Shown in pieces: positions 28,602-33,849 of a stretch of 40,109 nucleotides of DNA. The position numbers and the translations under genes were made by a program. The DNA comes from Patescibacteria group bacterium. GTDB taxonomy: Bacteria > Patescibacteriota > Minisyncoccia > UBA6257 > GWB1-50-10. The notes beneath the pieces were generated by a model. The model was not told the DNA's origin, ran no database searches, and worked only from the letters and a program-made list of their open reading frames with translations. The DNA lies in the NCBI GenBank assembly GCA_038065455.1, contig JBBTQX010000007.1:1-40109 (forward strand), given 5' to 3'. Within the stretch, counting starts at the first letter, position 1, and every line of letters begins with the position of its first letter.

Positions 28602-28637
28602 TTAGCCTAATTTTAGCATTAATTTTTCGAACGGTCT
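28602..28637. repeat. 36-bp direct repeat A, copy 2
   Basis: TTAGCCTAATTTTAGCATTAATTTTTCGAACGGTCT. Confidence 0.8.
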
Positions 28638-28685
28638 CAAACTACCCAAAAGAACTATTTACACATAGCAGAGTGAATATCTTGG

Positions 28686-28790
28686 TGTGGATAACTATTG
28701 ACTTTTACCGAACGCTTAGTATATATTGATATTATCAATATGAGAAAGGACCCAAAAGGTGTTAGTGCCTTAGGGGCCTTTTTCTTTTTA
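28686..28790 (+). promoter_or_regulatory. Regulatory block upstream of DGR target: DnaA box, -35-like TTGACT, operator-like palindrome, terminator-like hairpin
   Basis: TGTGGATAA 28686-28694; TTGACT 28698-28703; ATATTGATA-T-TATCAATAT 28723-28741; AAAGGACCC...GGGGCCTTTTTCTTTTT. Confidence 0.5.
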
Positions 28791-28857
28791 TTGGAGGTAG
28801 TTTTTTATATTTTCCAAGAAAGTGCATTTCTCAGATTTTCGGAATATAATCATTTCC

Positions 28858-30786
28858 ATGGAATCACATAATTTCCTCAAAGATAAATACAACCTCCACA
28901 ACGCCCCGGAGGTGGAAAAAGCCGCCGAACGCACGGAGGAACGCACGGGCGAAAAGGTGCCGCAAAATCCCGATGCCAGGATAGAAAACTACCTTGACCG
29001 CCTGGAGCGCCTCGCCTTAGATCCCAATAAAGAGCAGGAGCGCAAGATGTTCGGGGACGAACCCCGCCCCCGCGCCCTTTCCCTCCTTCGAGAAATGGTG
29101 ATGAACAAATATGTACGTCCGAACAAGGAGAAGATGGCCGAAGGGGCGGCGAGAGTCGAGGAACGGGCCGCGCGGGAAATGGGCATCGAGGCGCATTACG
29201 GCGAGCAAGAACTCGCGCAGAGAGGCGAAATCGCCGCGGCAGACCTCGAAAAATCCCTGGACAACTGGATCTCATATCTCTCGGATGCGAATGAACCGTA
29301 CCCGACGTGGTTCCGGTATTACGCCTTCCGGAACGTCCTTGATCTCGGCGACTACGACAAGGACAAGGGAGAATTCACCAAACGCTCCCGGGGAAGCGCC
29401 AGATTGTTCCCCGACATTGACCGCGGCGCCCTGGCCTATGTCGAGCAGATGATCGAAGCCGCGAAGGACCCGGAGATGCTCGAACGTTTGAGAAAAGCCC
29501 AAGAAACCACGGGAACTCCGCCGGATCAGTTACTCACCAAGGAAAAAGCCGCGCAGTTTTCCAAATTTTCTTTCAGCAAGCAGTACGTGGAAGGTATCCG
29601 GCAAGCCGGAGAAATCACTCCCGAGATGCGGGAAGAAACCCGCGGCCAGTGGGTAAAATACCAGCAAGGAACGGACCCCACGGCCCTGTGGTCGTCGCTC
29701 CAAAACAAGGGCGCGGCCTGGTGCACGAAAGGATTCGGAACGGCCGAGACCCAGCTCAAGGGCGGCGACTTCTACGTCTATTACACTCTCGACCGGCAGG
29801 GCAAACCAACCATTCCCCGCGTCGCGATCCGAATGCAGGAAAAAAATATCGGCGAAGTGCGGGGCGTCGCGGACAACAACCAGAACCTCGAGGGCAACAT
29901 GGCCGAGATCGCCGAGGAGAAGATGAAAGACCTGCCGGGAGCGGAAAGATACAAGAAAGTGTCTGCCGACATGAAAGCCTTGACTGCAATTGAGAAGAAA
30001 ACGATGCGCGGCGAGGCCCTCATGAAAGACGATCTCGCTTTCCTCTACGAACTCGACGCGCCCATCGAAGGGTTTGGGTATCGGCGAGATCCTCGGATTG
30101 GCAAGCTTCGCGGCAAGCGCAACCCCGAAGAAGACGCGCCGGTCGTTTTCGAGTGCACTCCGGAGCAGATCGCGCGGAACGTAAAAGAAATAAGAGAAGG
30201 CACCAAGGCCTATGTCGCCCCCCTCGTTCTCGGAATCTTCGACAAGATCCAGGAATACGGCATCGAACACGTCTATACGTCCTTCCCCGAAGGCCGAATC
30301 AGGAAAGAAACGATTGAAATCGGAGGAAAAAGCGCTAAGGAGCTTGAAAAAGAGATGAAGAAAAAAGGCATTAATGTCTCTGATTATGCCAAGTACATGA
30401 TTGAAAGCAAAGATTTCACGACGCTCAAAAAATCGGAGCCGGAAGACCTGGTCCGCCTCAAGGTGGGCGATCTCGGTTTCCCTAAAGACAAGAATCCCAC
30501 GACGGACGAAGTATACAAGCGCATCGAAGAACTGGGGCTCGAACTCTGCCCGGCGGAAACCGGCCCGCAATTATGCCTTAAATACGCGGACCAACCCTTA
30601 AACGAATGGGTGAGAATCGGCATGAAGCAAATAGCCGACCGCAGCGGCGACCCGGACGTCTTCAACCTGACACGCAATGATGGCGGTTTGTGGCTGAACA
30701 GCCGCTGGACGAATCCCGAGTACAGGTGGGATACCGACAATGAGTTCGTCTTCCGTCTCCGCAAGTTGAAAAACTTAAAAACTTAG
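28858..30786 (+). CDS. DGR target protein (642 aa) with C-terminal variable region
   Basis: Codons just before the C-terminus match TR; TATAAT ends 7 nt before ATG 28858; no signal peptide or TM helix seen. Confidence 0.92.
   Translation: MESHNFLKDKYNLHNAPEVEKAAERTEERTGEKVPQNPDARIENYLDRLERLALDPNKEQERKMFGDEPRPRALSLLREMVMNKYVRPNKEKMAEGAARVEERAAREMGIEAHYGEQELAQRGEIAAADLEKSLDNWISYLSDANEPYPTWFRYYAFRNVLDLGDYDKDKGEFTKRSRGSARLFPDIDRGALAYVEQMIEAAKDPEMLERLRKAQETTGTPPDQLLTKEKAAQFSKFSFSKQYVEGIRQAGEITPEMREETRGQWVKYQQGTDPTALWSSLQNKGAAWCTKGFGTAETQLKGGDFYVYYTLDRQGKPTIPRVAIRMQEKNIGEVRGVADNNQNLEGNMAEIAEEKMKDLPGAERYKKVSADMKALTAIEKKTMRGEALMKDDLAFLYELDAPIEGFGYRRDPRIGKLRGKRNPEEDAPVVFECTPEQIARNVKEIREGTKAYVAPLVLGIFDKIQEYGIEHVYTSFPEGRIRKETIEIGGKSAKELEKEMKKKGINVSDYAKYMIESKDFTTLKKSEPEDLVRLKVGDLGFPKDKNPTTDEVYKRIEELGLELCPAETGPQLCLKYADQPLNEWVRIGMKQIADRSGDPDVFNLTRNDGGLWLNSRWTNPEYRWDTDNEFVFRLRKLKNLKT
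30635..30766 (+). repeat. DGR variable repeat (VR)
   Basis: 132-bp ungapped match to 31096-31227 with 13 mismatches. Confidence 0.95.
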
Positions 30787-30810
30787 AACTTTGTCTTTAG
30801 TTCTTAGTTT
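30779..30810 (+). promoter_or_regulatory. Stem-loop just 3' of VR (candidate retrohoming target-recognition hairpin)
   Basis: AAACTTAGAACT-TTGTCTTT-AGTTCTTAGTTT, 11/12 paired; absent after TR. Confidence 0.55.
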
Positions 30811-30839
30811 CTTTAACGCTTTTTCCGGCGCAATTTTTT

Positions 30840-30848
30840 TGGTATAAT
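30840..30848 (+). promoter_or_regulatory. Extended -10 promoter for TR RNA
   Basis: TGGTATAAT (TGnTATAAT) about 250 nt upstream of TR. Confidence 0.6.
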
Positions 30849-31095
30849 CGCAGCCGGACGGGTTATATCGGGCGGCTACGGTTTCCCGGGACCCTTCCGG
30901 CGCTTGCGCGTTGAGAGCGCGGACGGTCAAGGCTTTCCGCGGAGGATGCGCGGGCTCGCCAATAAAAAAGAAACAACTTGGTGCGCAGCGCTGGCTGATT
31001 AAAAGGAGATTCATCTCCCAGATCACGAATAAAATACAGCCCAGTCTCTTCTTTCATATAGACGGGCAGTGGCGCGGATGGCGTGGCGCACAGAA

Positions 31096-31227
31096 CCGAC
31101 CGCAGCGGCAACCCGAACGTCTTCAACCTGAAACGCAATGATGACGGTTTGCGGCTGAACAACAACTGGACGAATCCCGAGAACAGGTGGAATACCGGCA
31201 ATAAGTTCGTCTTCCGTCTCCGAAAGT
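31096..31227 (+). repeat. DGR template repeat (TR)
   Basis: 11 AAC/AAT codons in VR frame; holds A at 11 of 13 mismatched sites. Confidence 0.95.
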
Positions 31228-31236
31228 ATTTTCTTT

Positions 31237-31265
31237 CCGCGCTTATAAAGCGCGGTTTTTCTTTT
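31237..31265 (+). terminator. Hairpin plus T run just after TR, overlapping avd stop codon
   Basis: CCGCGCTT-ATA-AAGCGCGG-TTTTTCTTTT. Confidence 0.6.
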
Positions 31266-31641
31266 CGGGGTTATTCAGGCTTTTCTTCCAGCCACCGAGC
31301 ATCCGGCCGATCTCCTCCAGTTTCACCGCGATATCCTCGCACTGCTTGTTCGATATGAGTTTACCCTCCCACGCTATGGAAATCAGAAATTTGAGCGTAT
31401 CGGTTACAAGGATGCACTCCGCGATTTTCCCCGCTTTCTTCTCTTTTTCGGTAAAATAAGCGAGATAGGAGAGTTCGATGAGGTCGAGGAACTTGTTTTC
31501 AATCCTCGCACCTATGGTATAACGGGCCCCCTTAGCGATATGCGGCACAAGATTCATCCAAAACAAATACCCCTCTTTGATTCTGTTCAAGATCGAGGCG
31601 TTACCGAGAGAGAGAGCGGACGGCCGGGTCATGTTTTCCAT
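31243..31641 (-). CDS. avd: Avd-like four-helix-bundle accessory protein
   Basis: KGARYTIGARIENKFLDLIE and EEIGRMLGGWKK typical of bAvd family; start 31641 or 31632 (129-132 aa). Confidence 0.88.
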   Translation of the reverse strand: MENMTRPSALSLGNASILNRIKEGYLFWMNLVPHIAKGARYTIGARIENKFLDLIELSYLAYFTEKEKKAGKIAECILVTDTLKFLISIAWEGKLISNKQCEDIAVKLEEIGRMLGGWKKSLNNPEKKNRAL

Positions 31642-32760
31642 GATATCATTTCCGTGGAGAATCTTCTTTCCGCATGGCGGAAGTTTTTGCGCGGCAAGCG
31701 GAAGCGCAGGGATGTCGCCGTATTCTCCCTGAACCTCATAGGCAACATACTCGCGCTCCACCGGGAACTCGCGGATAAATCCTACCGCCACGGCCCTTAT
31801 ATGGCATTCAAGATTAACGACCCAAAGCCACGCGACATCCACAAGGCCGAGGTGCGCGACCGCCTGTTGCACCACGCCATCTACCGGGTTCTGTATCCGC
31901 ATTTTGACCGGAAATTTATCTTCGATTCATATTCCTGCCGCTTCGACAAGGGCGCCTACCGCGCCATGGATCGGCTGAATCAGTACGTGAGAATTGTTTC
32001 GCGCAACCACACGCGAACTGCTTGGGTCCTCAAATGCGACATCAGGAAGTTCTTCGCGAGCATCGATCATAAAATACTGAAAGATATTTTGGGATGGCGT
32101 CTCGACGACAGCGATATTCTCTGGTTGCTGACCGAAATCATAAGCAGTTTCCACACAAAGAATGAGCCGGGTACCGGTCTGCCGCTCGGGAATCTCACGA
32201 GTCAGCTCCTCGTGAATATTTATATGAACGAATTCGACCAGTTTATCAAAAGGAGATTGAAAATCCGCTACTGCGTGCGTTATGCCGACGACTTCATAAT
32301 CGTGCATAAGGACAGGCGGCATCTGGAAAATCTTCTGCCGCCGATACGTGGTTTTCTCGAAACGCGGCTGAAGCTCTCGCTCCATCCCGATAAGGTTTTT
32401 ATCAAAACTTTCTCTTCCGGCGTCGATTTTCTCGGCTGGGTCCATTTCCCGCATCAGCGGGTACTGAGAACCGCGACCAAAAGACGGATATTTCGGAGAA
32501 TCAATGGTAGCCCGGAATCAGCAACCATCACTTCTTATATGGGTTTATTGAAGCACGGCAATACTCAGCTGCTTAAAATCGATATATTCGGGATATCGTT
32601 TCGAATCCCGGAAGGGTCGCCGATTTCGGACTCGAACCGACATCCAAAAAATCCAGGAAACAACGCTCTCCGGTCTCCCACGGATGCGTGCTCAAGTTGG
32701 CTGGGGGGCAGGGATTCGGACCCCGATAAATACCTTCAAAGGGTACTGTCCTACCGTTAG
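31540..32760 (+). CDS. DGR reverse transcriptase
   Basis: KPRDI, RDRLLHHA, KCDIRKFFASIDH, GLPLGNLTSQ, RYADDF, VDFLGW; start and last ~55 aa uncertain. Confidence 0.95.
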   Translation: MRHKIHPKQIPLFDSVQDRGVTERESGRPGHVFHDIISVENLLSAWRKFLRGKRKRRDVAVFSLNLIGNILALHRELADKSYRHGPYMAFKINDPKPRDIHKAEVRDRLLHHAIYRVLYPHFDRKFIFDSYSCRFDKGAYRAMDRLNQYVRIVSRNHTRTAWVLKCDIRKFFASIDHKILKDILGWRLDDSDILWLLTEIISSFHTKNEPGTGLPLGNLTSQLLVNIYMNEFDQFIKRRLKIRYCVRYADDFIIVHKDRRHLENLLPPIRGFLETRLKLSLHPDKVFIKTFSSGVDFLGWVHFPHQRVLRTATKRRIFRRINGSPESATITSYMGLLKHGNTQLLKIDIFGISFRIPEGSPISDSNRHPKNPGNNALRSPTDACSSWLGGRDSDPDKYLQRVLSYR

Positions 32761-32771
32761 ACGACCCCCCA
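32698..32771 (-). tRNA. tRNA-Gln(TTG)
   Basis: Reverse complement TGGGGGGTCGTCTAACGGTAGGACAGTACCCTTTGAAGGTATTTATCGGGGTCCGAATCCCTGCCCCCCAGCCA; CCA encoded; T-loop TCCGAAT. Confidence 0.9.
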
Positions 32772-32860
32772 ATATTTGTTTCGTTTCAGAATATCACGCC
32801 CCTATTCATTGGGCAATTTCGTCCTTTTCCGAAGACTGATTTTGGCTTAAACTTAAACCA

Positions 32861-33847
32861 ATGAACGGTTCCACGACGATTAAGCGGAGTCCGATTGTCC
32901 TCATCCGCAATCTCATCGGGATAGAGCTCGCCGCCTTTCTCCTTTACTTTCTTTCGCTCGGCTACGGCAGCTACAAATACGACCTTTGGAACCAAATCTT
33001 CCTTTCGAACGTATTCTCGTACGATATCGCCAAGATGGTATTTCTTTCCGGCGCTCAGCTCTTCATCACCATCTTCGCCTTCTTGAGCTGGTATTACGAA
33101 TCGTACGATATCCGCCCCGGCGCCATCTCCCATTCCCGAGGAGTGCTTTTCAAAAATAACCGGACTCTTCCGCTCGAAAAATCGATGACTGTAACCCTAT
33201 CCTCCGGCCCGCTCGGCAAAGTTCTCCACTACGCGACTATCCGCCTCGAAAACCATAATTACAAAGAGATGGAATTAAATACGATCTCCCGCCCCGAAAG
33301 TTATCTCAAAGTAATCGAAAAATGCATCGACCCGAATATCCGGAGGTTCGTGGAAAAGCCGGATATGAGCCGGCTCATTTCGCAGGATGAGGACGAGCGG
33401 CTGGAATTCAAATCATCGCTCCGCTTCGACCGCAAGCTCAATCAGATGAACCGCGAATTGGAAAAGGCCGCGATGAAGACTGTCGCCGGCTTTCTCAACT
33501 CCAAGGGCGGCTATCTCGTGCTCGGCGTCGACGACTCGCGGAAGCCCCTAGGACTCGAGGACGACTACCAAACTATCCAGCGCAAAGACAGCGATGGCTT
33601 CGAGAATCACTTCACCCAGATATTCAATTCAATGGTCGGCCCGGAACACCGGCACCTGGTGAAACTTTGGTTTTATAACTTTGAGAATCGGGATATTTGC
33701 GCCGTCCAGGTAAGCCCGAGTCCCCAGCCGATATATTTGAAAGTGAACGACGGCGAGCGCTTCTTCGTGCGGACCGGCAATATCACAACCGACCTCAAAT
33801 TCAGCGAAGTCGACGCCTACACCCGTTCGCGCTGGCCCCGCCGATAG
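32861..33847 (+). CDS. Membrane protein: two TM helices, bPH_2-like domain, C-terminal Schlafen/AlbA_2 domain
   Basis: EDERLEFKSS, KTVAGFLNSKGGYLVLGVDD, FFVRTGN; N-half TMs then SRGVLF...GPLGKVLHYATI. Confidence 0.82.
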   Translation: MNGSTTIKRSPIVLIRNLIGIELAAFLLYFLSLGYGSYKYDLWNQIFLSNVFSYDIAKMVFLSGAQLFITIFAFLSWYYESYDIRPGAISHSRGVLFKNNRTLPLEKSMTVTLSSGPLGKVLHYATIRLENHNYKEMELNTISRPESYLKVIEKCIDPNIRRFVEKPDMSRLISQDEDERLEFKSSLRFDRKLNQMNRELEKAAMKTVAGFLNSKGGYLVLGVDDSRKPLGLEDDYQTIQRKDSDGFENHFTQIFNSMVGPEHRHLVKLWFYNFENRDICAVQVSPSPQPIYLKVNDGERFFVRTGNITTDLKFSEVDAYTRSRWPRR

Positions 33848-33849
33848 AA

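Larger units (their letters stand above)
30855..31265 (+). ncRNA. Putative DGR template RNA (structured leader, TR, 3' hairpin)
   Basis: Promoter upstream, several GC-rich hairpins, TR, then hairpin with T run; boundaries inferred. Confidence 0.55.
28858..32760. mobile_element. Diversity-generating retroelement (target/VR, TR, avd, RT)
   Basis: All four canonical components within 3.9 kb; adenine-biased TR/VR mismatches. Confidence 0.95.

Noticed and set aside
27072-28637. CRISPR array or classical integron
   Set aside because: Only two copies of each repeat, 0.75-1.5 kb apart; no cas or intI gene; no clear RYYYAAC...GTTRRRY attC pairs.
28686-28694. Replication origin
   Set aside because: One perfect DnaA box only; no box cluster and no dnaA/dnaN nearby.
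31083-31358. ORF-track 91-aa ORF resembling the target C-terminus
   Set aside because: It is TR read in the VR frame, running into avd antisense; TR is a template, not a second target gene.
32615-32697. A second complete tRNA downstream of tRNA-Gln(TTG)
   Set aside because: Only a T-arm and 3' strand are present; no complementary 5' acceptor strand, D-arm or anticodon arm.
31540-32760. RT as group II intron or retron
   Set aside because: No maturase/endonuclease extension or intron domain V seen; TR/VR pair, Avd and the GNLTSQ motif indicate a DGR.
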